32,000 nt of DNA from Sinorhizobium meliloti (GCF_017876815.1 NZ_JAGIOS010000003.1:1140001-1172000), one strand, 5' to 3'. Positions 8,898 to 18,184 are shown, counted from the first letter of the stretch. Translations and numbers: made by a program. Notes: generated from the letters alone by a model not told the origin.

Positions 8898-9060
8898 AAA
8901 CGCGGCGTGCCGCCGGAGTTGTTCGGATGAACTTGGAATATCAAATCGACGGCCTGCCACCCTGCGCAGACACTCGCCGCAATGTCACGAGCATGGCCTG
9001 TATCCATCGCCTAAAACTGGGCAGGTGCTACGTATTGGCGGCACTGGGGAAGCGCCCACC

Positions 9061-9393
9061 TCAATCTGTCGATCGAGCGTCCAGCTCGAACACATGGTAG
9101 TGGATGTGCCCTTCGAACATCTCCAGCAGACCCTTCGTCAATTCACGGCTCTCGTAGCGCACCGGCGACTCCAGGGCTCGCGCCAAAGCCTCGCGGTCGT
9201 CATAGGTCGTGGAAAGGATCATCGCGAAGGCTGGTGCCCCCTCGTCCCGGTCGACGGCATGGAGCACCCGAACTTCCCTGACGCCCGGAAAGGCCTGCCA
9301 CAGGGGCACCAGCCTCTCCTCGACATAGCCGCGGAATGCCTGCTCCCGGCCAGGATGGATAATCCCCTCGAACAGAGCCTGACGAACGATCAT
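9061..9393 (-). CDS. Small dimeric alpha/beta-barrel protein (EthD/ABM-like), function unknown
   Basis: The ORF track 9061-9597 has an Arg/Ser-rich N-terminal extension that overlaps the upstream gene. ATG at 9393 (MIVRQALFEGIIHPGREQAFRGYVEERL...) gives 110 aa, starting 17 nt after the dehydrogenase stop. The fold assignment rests only on size and pattern. Confidence 0.6.
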   Translation of the reverse strand: MIVRQALFEGIIHPGREQAFRGYVEERLVPLWQAFPGVREVRVLHAVDRDEGAPAFAMILSTTYDDREALARALESPVRYESRELTKGLLEMFEGHIHYHVFELDARSTD

Positions 9394-9409
9394 GATGTCT
9401 TCTCCCGCT

Positions 9410-10348
9410 TCAGTTGACGGTGTTCGGCGCTTTTTCGCCGGCAAAGTGGGCGGCGAGATTTGCAAGCACGAGCTTTCCCATGGCCATGCGCGTCTCGACC
9501 GTCGCGCTGCCCTGATGCGGCATGAGCACTGTATTCGGCGTGGTATGGAATTCGCTGCGGATTGCGGGTTCGTTGACGAAGACATCGAGCCCAGCACCCG
9601 CGATCGTTCCGGATCTCAACGCTTCGATCAGGGCGTCCTCGTCGACGACGTTGCCACGCGCGACGTTTACCACGATACCCTCGGGACCGAGCGCCTGAAG
9701 AAGGGACGCGTCGACGATGTTTTGCGTCGCCGCACTTGCCGCCACGCAGACGGCCAGAACGTCGCTGTCGCGGGCGAGATCGATCGGGCTCTGATGCGCG
9801 ATCCAGTCGACGCCGGAAAGGGTGGACCGGTTCCAGTATCGCACCGACATGCCGAAGGCCTCCGCGCGCGACGCCAATGCCCGCCCGATCTGACCGAGGC
9901 CGAGTACGCCGATCCGCTTTCCCTTCGGGCTATGGCCGAGCGGCAATTGTCCGCCCGCGGCCCAGCGGCCTTCGCGCACCAGCCTGTCGCCATCGCCGAT
10001 CCGCCGCAGGACGGCAAGCATGAGCGCGATACCGAGGTCAGCGACATCGTCCGAGAGCACGCCCGGTGTCGTCGTCACATCGATGTTGCGACCGCGCGCC
10101 CGGGCGAGATCCACCTTGTCCGTCCCTACCCCGTTGATCGCGATGATCCCCAGCGACGGAAGCTTTTCGATCCAGTCATTGGAGAGGCCCGCACCGCCAC
10201 CCGTGGCAACCGCGCGGATCGATGGGAGCGCCGCTTCGAGCGCCGGCCGGTCGGCGGCCTCGTAAAGCCTGTGAACCGTGTAGTTCCGGTGCAGTTCGTC
10301 CATGACGAACGGCATCATCGGCTCCACGAGCAGTAGATCTGGTTTCAC
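9410..10348 (-). CDS. D-isomer-specific 2-hydroxyacid dehydrogenase (glyoxylate/hydroxypyruvate reductase-like)
   Basis: NAD-binding motif GVLGLGQIGRALA, then VNVARG and the C-terminal ...MPHQGSAT (catalytic His). The track start is TTG at 10363. I prefer GTG at 10348 (MKPDLLLVEPMMP...), which has GGAG 9 nt upstream. Start is uncertain by 5 codons. Confidence 0.85.
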   Translation of the reverse strand: MKPDLLLVEPMMPFVMDELHRNYTVHRLYEAADRPALEAALPSIRAVATGGGAGLSNDWIEKLPSLGIIAINGVGTDKVDLARARGRNIDVTTTPGVLSDDVADLGIALMLAVLRRIGDGDRLVREGRWAAGGQLPLGHSPKGKRIGVLGLGQIGRALASRAEAFGMSVRYWNRSTLSGVDWIAHQSPIDLARDSDVLAVCVAASAATQNIVDASLLQALGPEGIVVNVARGNVVDEDALIEALRSGTIAGAGLDVFVNEPAIRSEFHTTPNTVLMPHQGSATVETRMAMGKLVLANLAAHFAGEKAPNTVN

Positions 10349-10380
10349 GTTTCGAAACTCCAATTACATGGATGTGGCCG

Positions 10381-11160
<780 letters not shown>

Positions 11161-11175
11161 CGCGAGGGCTCCATT

Positions 11176-11976
11176 CTATTTCGCTTCAGTGACGAATTCC
11201 GGCAGCGGCGAACCGAGCCACTTCTCGTGGATGGCGTTGAGCTGTCCGTCCGCTTTGACCTTGTCGAGGAAGCCGTTGACGAACTTCAACATCTCGTTCG
11301 ATCCCTTGCGAACGGCGATACCCTGAACCTGCTGGCTCAGCTGAAGCTTCTGATTGAACCGCCCAGGGGCGGCGGCTTCGATCTGGGCGGCGACGACATT
11401 GGAAACGCCGATCAGCTCGACCTGTCCGGAAAGGAGCGCTTGCACCGCACTGGCATCGTCGTCGAAGCGTTGAATGTTGGCGTCCTGCGGGGCAATCTTG
11501 GTGACCGCCGTGTCCTGCGTGCTGGCGCGGGCGACGCCGATCGTCTTGCCGGCCAGATCTTCAGGCTTTGTGACGGCCAGGTCCGCGGCGCCGAACACGC
11601 CGATCGAGATGCCTGCGTAAGGCTGCGAGAAATCGACGTTCTTGGCGCGCTCCTCGGTGATGCCCAGCGAGGCGACCAGCAGGTCCACCTGGTTGCTTTG
11701 CAGGTAGGGTATGCGGTTAGGCCCCGTCACCGGCACGATCGTCACTTCGACTCCGAGCTCCTTGGCAAGCAGCTTCGCAACATCGGCATCGTAACCATCC
11801 GGCTGGTTGTTCGCGTCCATGATCCCAAACGGCGGGAAATCGACCAGCATGCCGACCTTCACCGTACCGGCCGATTTGATTACCTCCACCGTCTGCGCTG
11901 CAACGGGCGACACCAGGCCCGCGACAAGCGCAGCGGCGCAGAGGACAGATATTGCCATGCGTCTCGAGATATTCAT
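11176..11976 (-). CDS. Polar amino acid ABC transporter substrate-binding protein (family 3)
   Basis: 266 aa with a signal peptide (MNISRRMAISVLCAAALVAGLVSPVAAQ). ...VKVGMLVDFPPFG...DGYDADVAKLLAKELGV... is typical of SBP_bac_3. Confidence 0.88.
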   Translation of the reverse strand: MNISRRMAISVLCAAALVAGLVSPVAAQTVEVIKSAGTVKVGMLVDFPPFGIMDANNQPDGYDADVAKLLAKELGVEVTIVPVTGPNRIPYLQSNQVDLLVASLGITEERAKNVDFSQPYAGISIGVFGAADLAVTKPEDLAGKTIGVARASTQDTAVTKIAPQDANIQRFDDDASAVQALLSGQVELIGVSNVVAAQIEAAAPGRFNQKLQLSQQVQGIAVRKGSNEMLKFVNGFLDKVKADGQLNAIHEKWLGSPLPEFVTEAK

Positions 11977-12022
11977 CAGCTCTTCCCTTCTCAGAAGCCG
12001 GCCCTCCCGCCGGTGGGGCCCG

Positions 12023-12679
12023 TCAACGTGCCGTTGCGCGGGAAAAACGGGTCTCCATTCGACGTGCGATCAGCGACAGCGGCCAGCAAAGCAGAAAATA
12101 GACGGTGGCAACGGTGCCGAAGACCAGGAACGGACTGAACGTCGCATTGTTGATGATCTGCCCTTGCCGGGTCAGCTCGGTAAAGCCGATGATCGATGCG
12201 AGCGATGTGCCCTTTATGAGTTGCACCAGGAAGCCGACGGTGGGCGCGACGGCGATACGGGCCGCCTGAGGCAGGATCACATGACGCATCGACCGAAAAT
12301 AGCGCAGGCCGAGCGCAGTCGCCGCCTCGCGCTGTCCCTTCGGCACGGCCTCGATGCAGCCGCGCCAGATCTCGCCCAGGAAGGCGCTGGCGTGGAGCGC
12401 GAGCGCAATGGTCGCGGCAATCCAAGGATTGATCGCAAAGCCGAAGATGTTCATGCCGAGGAATACCAGAAAGAGCTGCATCAGCAGCGGGGTTCCCTGG
12501 AAGACGCGGATGAAGCCCGTCGCCGAGAGGCGCAGCGCTCGCGTATCGGCGACGCGCATCAATGCCACCAGTAGTCCGCCGACGCTGCCGCCGGCAAAAG
12601 CGATCGCGGATAGGGCGATCGTCCACTGTGCCGCAGCGACGATGACGAGAAACTCGTTCCAGCCGAAGGCTCTGATCAT
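12023..12679 (-). CDS. Polar amino acid ABC transporter permease (HisM/GlnP-like)
   Basis: The track ORF 12023-12766 is trimmed to ATG 12679 (MIRAFGWNEFLVIVAAAQW...), 10 nt after the upstream permease stop. The EAA-type loop ...IEAVPKGQREAATALGL... is present. Confidence 0.85.
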   Translation of the reverse strand: MIRAFGWNEFLVIVAAAQWTIALSAIAFAGGSVGGLLVALMRVADTRALRLSATGFIRVFQGTPLLMQLFLVFLGMNIFGFAINPWIAATIALALHASAFLGEIWRGCIEAVPKGQREAATALGLRYFRSMRHVILPQAARIAVAPTVGFLVQLIKGTSLASIIGFTELTRQGQIINNATFSPFLVFGTVATVYFLLCWPLSLIARRMETRFSRATAR

Positions 12680-12689
12680 GACAGTGCTC

Positions 12690-13358
12690 CTAGCGGCCGA
12701 GGGGATATTTGAATGCCGCTTTCTCGACCGCGTAAAACAGCGCGGAGAAACCGACCGACAGGGCAAGATAGATCAGAGTGACTGCGATATAGACCTCGAA
12801 GCTCGCAAAGGTGGCGGATTGGAGGTCGTTGCCGGCAGCAGCCAGGTCATCCGCTGAGATGACCGACACGACGCTGGTATTCAGCATCAGGTATATGAAC
12901 TGACTGGTGAGCGCGGGATAGACGGTGCGCAAGGCCGGCTTCATGACGACATAGCGGAAAATCTGGGGCCTCGACAGCCCAAGCGCCCAGCCGGCCTCTA
13001 CCTGCCCCTTATGAATGGATTCGATCCCGGCGCGGATGATCTCCGTACCGTAGGCGCCGAAATTAACGACAAGCGCCAGCAGCGCCGCGCTGTTCGGCGA
13101 AAGCCTTAGACCAAGCGAAGGCATGCCGAAGAAGATGAAGAATATCTGCACCAGGAAAGGCGTGTTTCGGATGATCTCGATATAGCCATCGATCACGGCA
13201 CGCAGGATCGCCGGTCCTGCCGTCTTTCCCCACGCGCAGAAGACTGAAACGACGAGGCCGATCAACATGGCTGCGCATGACAGGCGAACCGTCAGCCACG
13301 CGCCGACCAGCAACTGGTCGAAAGACGCGAGTACAGGCGCGAAGTTGAATTCGTACAT
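12690..13358 (-). CDS. Polar amino acid ABC transporter permease (HisQ/GlnP-like)
   Basis: Trimmed to ATG 13358 (MYEFNFAPVLASFDQLLVGAW...), with GGAGG 9 nt upstream. ...IESIHKGQVEAGWALGLS... is the EAA loop. Confidence 0.85.
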   Translation of the reverse strand: MYEFNFAPVLASFDQLLVGAWLTVRLSCAAMLIGLVVSVFCAWGKTAGPAILRAVIDGYIEIIRNTPFLVQIFFIFFGMPSLGLRLSPNSAALLALVVNFGAYGTEIIRAGIESIHKGQVEAGWALGLSRPQIFRYVVMKPALRTVYPALTSQFIYLMLNTSVVSVISADDLAAAGNDLQSATFASFEVYIAVTLIYLALSVGFSALFYAVEKAAFKYPLGR

Positions 13359-13418
13359 GCCGGGACCTCCTCCCACACTACCGCCGCCGCATGCCGCGCT
13401 TCCCGCGATCTGCGTCAG

Positions 13419-13432
13419 TTAGATCGATCTAA
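13419..13432. promoter_or_regulatory. 14-bp perfect CG-centred palindrome TTAGATCGATCTAA; candidate LacI-family operator
   Basis: It lies between the LacI-family gene stop (13484) and the first permease start (13358). It is even-length with a central CG, as in the generic LacI/GalR operator architecture. Confidence 0.45.
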
Positions 13433-13483
13433 AATGTTTCCCGACGTGCGTCAACCGCAAACGACGGCCGGGATCGGGCGCGA

Positions 13484-14506
13484 TCAGGCGGGCCGGCCGC
13501 AGGACTGCCGAACGCTCAGCGTCGTATCGCTCACCACGCGCCGCGCCGGCAAATCCGGATTGGCGATGCGCTCGACAAGGAGCCGCGCCGCCATTTCGCC
13601 GATCGCGGTGGGGCCGGTCGAGACCGAGGTCAGTCTCGGCCGGATGGCCTCGGCGTCCGCCACGTCGTCGAAGCCGATCAGCGAGAGATCGCGTCCGATC
13701 GTGAGCCCGCAATCGTGAAGTCCTGCGGCAAGGCCGAGAGCGACGAGATGATTGAAGCAGATCACGGCAGTCGGCTGTGTAGCCTGTGCGAACAGAAGGT
13801 GGGTCGCGCCGGCGATTTCTCCGAGTTGTGCCGGCAAGTGGATCAGTATCTCAGGATCGAACGCCTTTGCCAGCATGGCGTCGCGGAAGCCGTCCACGCG
13901 CTCCCGATAGGCCGAATGGACCGGGCCGTGGGCGGCAAAGGCAATCTTCTCATGACCGAGCGAAGCGAGATAATCCACCGCCTGACGCATGCCGCCGGCG
14001 TAGTCCACGCCGACATAGTCCATATCGGCCGAGATGTGGCGCAATACCTGGACGACGGGCATACCCCACGCGGCTAACTGCTCGGACAGGTCAGGTTCGG
14101 TGCCCGCGGCGGGGCAAAGAACGACCCCGTCCACCCCGTGTTCACGCATGCGCTGGAGCAGCATCGACTGCCGCTCCACCCTCTCCCCGCTATTGGCGAG
14201 AATGACCACCTTGCCGGTGGCCCCGATAGCCTCCTCGATGCCTGAAAGGAGCTCCGCAAAGAATGGATTGGTGAGATTTGGCACGATTGCGCCGATGATC
14301 TGGCTGCGTTCGACGCGCAGGCGGGCTGCGCCGATGTTGTAGACATAGCCCAAATCCCGCATCGCCTGCTCGACCCGCGCGCGTGTCTCACTGCCGACCA
14401 GCGGGCTCTTGCGAAGAACAAGGGAGGCGGTCGCGCGGGAAACATTGGCATGCCGCGCAACATCCAGAAGCGTGACGCGAGGCTTCTTTCGTTCTTGGAA
14501 AGACAT
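13484..14506 (-). CDS. LacI-family transcriptional regulator
   Basis: 340 aa with an N-terminal HTH, VTLLDVARHANVSRATASLVLR, followed by a periplasmic-binding-protein-like sugar-sensor domain. Confidence 0.92.
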   Translation of the reverse strand: MSFQERKKPRVTLLDVARHANVSRATASLVLRKSPLVGSETRARVEQAMRDLGYVYNIGAARLRVERSQIIGAIVPNLTNPFFAELLSGIEEAIGATGKVVILANSGERVERQSMLLQRMREHGVDGVVLCPAAGTEPDLSEQLAAWGMPVVQVLRHISADMDYVGVDYAGGMRQAVDYLASLGHEKIAFAAHGPVHSAYRERVDGFRDAMLAKAFDPEILIHLPAQLGEIAGATHLLFAQATQPTAVICFNHLVALGLAAGLHDCGLTIGRDLSLIGFDDVADAEAIRPRLTSVSTGPTAIGEMAARLLVERIANPDLPARRVVSDTTLSVRQSCGRPA

Positions 14507-14539
14507 AGGATACCGATCGGGAAAAATGCGTGGAGAGGA

Positions 14540-14568
14540 CTATAGTCGACGGGCGAACACTAGGGCAA
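14540..14568 (-). promoter_or_regulatory. Possible sigma70-type promoter for the LacI-family gene (-35 TTGCCC, 17-nt spacer, -10 CTATAG)
   Basis: On the minus strand, TTGCCC (14568-14563) and CTATAG (14545-14540) approximate the rhizobial CTTGAC-N17-CTATAT consensus. They sit 34-62 nt upstream of the ATG at 14506. The -10 element lies inside the 10-bp palindrome GACTATAGTC (14538-14547). Confidence 0.3.
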
Positions 14569-14637
14569 ATCGAGGGAAAGTGCGCAGCGGTTTTCCGCCC
14601 CGGGGCGTCGCCCGGGAACCCGCGGCTGACGACATGC

Positions 14638-15528
14638 TCAGCCAAAGTCTGAGGCGACACGGACAGAGACGGCCAGCGATTCATCCGGTTCGAGAATCTT
14701 GAGCCCGTGGGCTTCGGCCTTGCCGGGCAGATTGAACGCATCGACGGGGTGCGTCACCGGTTCGAAGCAGAAGAAGCCGGAGTCGGCAGCGGGCGAGAAG
14801 ACGACGTATTGGCGCAGCGCCTCGCTCGCATTCACGTCCGCCGCGAGCCCGCGGCTCGGCCATTGGATGCGCGCCTTGCCGTCCCAGCCGTCGAACCAGT
14901 TGTTGATCCAGCGCGCCGGCAATGGCTGCGGCCTGTTGAAATCCATATCCGGATGTGCGGCTACGGCATCATGGGCCTTTGGCAGGTGATCGGATCGCTC
15001 GAGCCAGACGCCGCGGGCCGGCGCGTGCAGCGTCGTATCCGGCTCGCGCACGAACCAGGGATGAAAACCAGCGCCGTAGGGCAGACGGATCCTGGCGCGG
15101 TTGGCGAGGCTGAGGTCCATCACAAGTCCTGCGCCCTGCAGGCGGTAGGACATCGTTGCGTCGTAGCGGAAAGGTCCCGGTCCCTCGGCCGAAAGGGTGA
15201 GCGTGATCAGATCCGCGCTCACGGAGGTAACGTCCCAAGCGGCCGAAAAGCCGTTCCCGTGGATCGGGTATAGCTCCGTTTCCACGTTCCGCGGCAGGGC
15301 ATGAAAGGTTCCGTCAAACGTGAACCCGCCGCCGGAAACCCGCCCGGAAAAAGGAACAAGCAGAATGTTCGAAAGCGCGAAGGGATGCGCGGTCGACGGA
15401 TCGACCCTGCGGAAGATCGCTTGCCAGACGCCATCGTGCAGCACGTCGAATGCCGTCAGCCCGGCGCCAAGGTCGGGCCGCGCGATGAGGCGGGCCTCGC
15501 CGTTAGAGAGCTCGATCGCCGGCATCAC
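14638..15528 (-). CDS. Aldose 1-epimerase (mutarotase) family protein
   Basis: 296 aa. ...LYPIHGNGF... and ...GFHPWF... plus ...FCFEPVTHPVDAFN... are typical galactose-mutarotase-like motifs. Its start overlaps the SDR stop (GTGATG at 15528-15523). Confidence 0.8.
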   Translation of the reverse strand: MMPAIELSNGEARLIARPDLGAGLTAFDVLHDGVWQAIFRRVDPSTAHPFALSNILLVPFSGRVSGGGFTFDGTFHALPRNVETELYPIHGNGFSAAWDVTSVSADLITLTLSAEGPGPFRYDATMSYRLQGAGLVMDLSLANRARIRLPYGAGFHPWFVREPDTTLHAPARGVWLERSDHLPKAHDAVAAHPDMDFNRPQPLPARWINNWFDGWDGKARIQWPSRGLAADVNASEALRQYVVFSPAADSGFFCFEPVTHPVDAFNLPGKAEAHGLKILEPDESLAVSVRVASDFG

Positions 15529-16280
15529 CAGCCGCCGTCGATCGCGATGTTCTGGCCGGAAATCATGTCGGAGGCCGGCGAGACGAGGAAGTGGACCAGG
15601 TCGGCGACGTCCGAGGGCTGGATGCGCGCCTTCAGCGACTGGTTTTCGACGATCCAGTCATTGTATTGTTGCAGGCGGTCGGCAAAGATCCGCTCTTCCG
15701 CCTCCGAAACCACCGCGCCCGGCGACACCGCGTTGACGCGCACGCCGTGGGGGCCGAGTTCGCGCGCAAGCGCCTTCGTCAGCCCCAGCATCGCGCCTTT
15801 GGACGCTACATAGGGCACATAGCCGTCCCAGCGGCCGTTCAACGTGAGGGAGCAAAAGTTCACGATCTTGCCGTAGCGCTTCTGCTTCATCCCGGGCGTT
15901 ACGGCTCGGGCAAGCGCGAAAGCCGCCGACGAGTTGACGCGGACCTGGTCTTCGTATTCCTCCAGCGAAAATTCCTCGAAAGGCTTGTTGATGATGAGCG
16001 CCGCATTGTTGATGAGAATGTCGATGCCGCCATGCTCGCTGGAAAGCGTAGCTGCGCGCTTTTCCGCCGAAGCTAGGTTATTCAGGTCTTCGCCGACATA
16101 GATCGCCATGGTTTCGTGAGCCGCGGCGAGGCTCGCCGCGAAGCCCTCCCCGGCTTCCGCGCCCGGGCGATCCAGCAGCAGCAAACCGGCGCCGGCGCGC
16201 CCCAGCCGCTCGGCCTGGGCGCGGCCGAGCGTGCCGAGCGCGCCGGTAATGAGGATGGTCTTTCCGGAAAGCTCTGTCAT
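15525..16280 (-). CDS. SDR-family oxidoreductase
   Basis: 251 aa with the glycine-rich TGALGTLG, NNAA, catalytic YVASK, and C-terminal ...ISGQNIAIDGGW. Confidence 0.9.
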   Translation of the reverse strand: MTELSGKTILITGALGTLGRAQAERLGRAGAGLLLLDRPGAEAGEGFAASLAAAHETMAIYVGEDLNNLASAEKRAATLSSEHGGIDILINNAALIINKPFEEFSLEEYEDQVRVNSSAAFALARAVTPGMKQKRYGKIVNFCSLTLNGRWDGYVPYVASKGAMLGLTKALARELGPHGVRVNAVSPGAVVSEAEERIFADRLQQYNDWIVENQSLKARIQPSDVADLVHFLVSPASDMISGQNIAIDGGW

Positions 16281-16287
16281 CGTTACC

Positions 16288-17019
16288 TCACAGAAGCGCG
16301 TGAACCTCGTCTATCGAAGTGTCCGCGGTCGGTTTATCGAACACGATCTCGCCGCGGGCCATTGCGACGATGCGGTCGCAGGATTGGAAGACGTGCTGCA
16401 TGTTGTGGGAGATGAAGATTCCGGTCAGGCCCTGCGCCTTCAAGCCGCGCACGAAGCCGATCACCTTGTCGGTCTCCTTGACCGAAAGATGGTTTGTCGG
16501 CTCGTCCAGGATCAGCACCTTCGACTTGAAGTGCATGGCGCGCGCGATCGCAACGCCCTGCCGCTGGCCGCCCGAAAGCTCTCCGACCAGCGCATCCGGC
16601 GAGCGCAGATGCAGGTCGACATCGGCGATGGCCTGGATGCTTTCGACACGCATGCGCTTCTGGTCCATGATGCCGACGCCGAAGACCGACCATTTCATCG
16701 GCTCGCGGCCGATGAAGAGATTGCGGGCGATCGACATGGTCGGAACCATGGAATTGTACTGATAGATCGTCTCCAGCCCGTAGCGCATCGCATCCTTTGG
16801 GCTGCGAAGAGCTACCTTGCGGCCTTCGATCAGCACGTCGCCGGAATCCTGATGGTGGACGCCCGAGAGAATCTTGATGAGCGTCGACTTGCCGGCGCCG
16901 TTGTCGCCGACCAGGCCGACGGTCTCGCCGGGGTGGATCGTGAGATCGACATTCTTCAGCGCATGCACGCCGCTATACCATTTCTGAAGGTTGCGGCATT
17001 CGATGATCGGTGTGGTCAT
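16288..17019 (-). CDS. Sugar (CUT2-type) ABC transporter ATP-binding protein, single nucleotide-binding domain
   Basis: The track ORF 16288-17340 is trimmed to ATG 17019 (MTTPIIECRNLQKWYSGVHALKNVDL...), which overlaps the permease stop as ATGA (17016-17019). Walker A GDNGAGKST, signature LSGGQRQ, Walker B LILDEPT. 243 aa, so only one NBD. Confidence 0.88.
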   Translation of the reverse strand: MTTPIIECRNLQKWYSGVHALKNVDLTIHPGETVGLVGDNGAGKSTLIKILSGVHHQDSGDVLIEGRKVALRSPKDAMRYGLETIYQYNSMVPTMSIARNLFIGREPMKWSVFGVGIMDQKRMRVESIQAIADVDLHLRSPDALVGELSGGQRQGVAIARAMHFKSKVLILDEPTNHLSVKETDKVIGFVRGLKAQGLTGIFISHNMQHVFQSCDRIVAMARGEIVFDKPTADTSIDEVHALL

Positions 17020-17999
17020 TTGTGCGCCTCCACCTTGATCTTGCGGGACATCTTGCCCATCCAGGCATTGGCGATGACGGCAAACATGGTCAGAACCCCG
17101 ACCGCGAACTTGAACCAGTTGGCATCGACACGGGAAAGGACAAGGCCGTTGTCGATCGTGCGGATCAGAAGCGTGCCGATGATGGCGCCGAAGACCGTGC
17201 CGATCCCTCCTGCGAGCGCCGTACCGCCGATGACGGCCGCGGCGACCGCCTGCAATTCCAGCCCTTCGCCGATCGACGGCAGCGGCGAGCCGAGACGCAG
17301 CACCTGAAGCAGGCCTGCAAAGCCCGCCAGTACCGAGCAAAGCATGAAGCAGACGATCTTCACGCGCTTGACCGGAATGCCCATCGAGGCGGCGGCCTCG
17401 TTAAAGCCGCCGGTCGCCCGAATCCAGTTGCCGAAGTTGGTGAGCGACAGCAGCGCCGCCACGAGTGCGGCAATGACGACGAACCAGAGGAAGGACATGC
17501 GGAACGGCGAGCCCTGCCAGATGTAGTCCGTGAAGAGCCAGGTCGGCAGGTCGGGCGGCAGAAGCGGCGGGAAACCGCCTGATATGACGATGGTCAGCGA
17601 ACGCGCGATGAAGAGCATCCCCAGAGTCGTGATGAAGCTCGGTATCGAGAATTGCAGCGTCACGTAACCATTGATGAAACCGATCGCCCCGCAGATCATG
17701 AGACCGAGCAGCACCGCGACGGTGAAGGGCACGCCGGAATTCAATAGCACCGCCATCGACATGGGCATCAGCGCAAAGACGGACCCGACCGACAGGTCGA
17801 ATTCGCCGCAGATCATCAGGAGCGTCACGCCGATGGCGACGAGCGCCATTTCCGGCAGAAGGCCCATCACGCCACGCATGTTCTCGAAGGAAAGAAGAAT
17901 GCCGTTCGACTTCGCCTGGAAGACGAGGACGAGGACGAACAGCAGTGCAAGGCCGGCTAGCTCGGGCTTGTCGAGATAGATTTTCAGAAACCGCTTCAT
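17016..17999 (-). CDS. Sugar ABC transporter permease (RbsC/AraH-like, CUT2)
   Basis: 327-aa polytopic hydrophobic ORF of the BPD_transp_2 type (...GEFDLSVGSVFAL..., ...AAAVIGGTALAGGIGTVFGAIIG...). Confidence 0.88.
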   Translation of the reverse strand: MKRFLKIYLDKPELAGLALLFVLVLVFQAKSNGILLSFENMRGVMGLLPEMALVAIGVTLLMICGEFDLSVGSVFALMPMSMAVLLNSGVPFTVAVLLGLMICGAIGFINGYVTLQFSIPSFITTLGMLFIARSLTIVISGGFPPLLPPDLPTWLFTDYIWQGSPFRMSFLWFVVIAALVAALLSLTNFGNWIRATGGFNEAAASMGIPVKRVKIVCFMLCSVLAGFAGLLQVLRLGSPLPSIGEGLELQAVAAAVIGGTALAGGIGTVFGAIIGTLLIRTIDNGLVLSRVDANWFKFAVGVLTMFAVIANAWMGKMSRKIKVEAHK

Positions 18000-18094
18000 G
18001 GGCTGTCACTCATGGTTCGGCGTCGTGCCTGCCGGATCACGGCGATCCCAGGTCGGGTGCCTGAGATCGTCAACGTGATCGAATCCGGAGAGCC

Positions 18095-18132
18095 GGAGCG
18101 GGATGCGGACGGAAAGCCGCGCATCCCGCTCC
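18095..18132 (-). other. Intercistronic 13-bp stem-loop (REP-like) between the SBP and permease genes
   Basis: GGAGCGGGATGCG (18095-18107), a 12-nt loop, then CGCATCCCGCTCC (18120-18132), a perfect complement. It lies in the 185-nt gap inside the ABC operon and has no U-tract. Confidence 0.5.
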
Positions 18133-18184
18133 AGTCTCGAAGTCGCTCGGGCAAGACGCCTGTTTGCTTATCGGGAGCGCCGGA

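Noticed and set aside
8928-9100. 57-codon plus-strand ORF (MNLEYQIDGLPPCADTRR...) with a GGAG upstream, just downstream of the twin palindromic boxes.
   Set aside because: It is rich in A/T-ending codons that are rare in the surrounding genes (TTG, TAT, CAA, CTA, AAA, AGG, GTA, TCT). It has no recognisable family and overlaps the 3' end of the convergent 9061-9393 gene. A non-coding transcript cannot be excluded.
14513-14520. CCGATCGG palindrome 7 nt upstream of the LacI-family start codon, as an autoregulatory operator.
   Set aside because: It is only 8 bp, so many such palindromes are expected by chance. It is AT-centred rather than CG-centred and differs from the 13419-13432 palindrome.
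16288-17340. N-terminal extensions of track ORFs: 16288-17340, 24450-25859, 25899-27203, 9061-9597, 12023-12766 and 28654-28968.
   Set aside because: The extensions are Arg-rich junk that overlaps the upstream gene. Internal ATGs with RBSs, or stop/start coupling, give proteins of canonical length, so I trimmed the calls.
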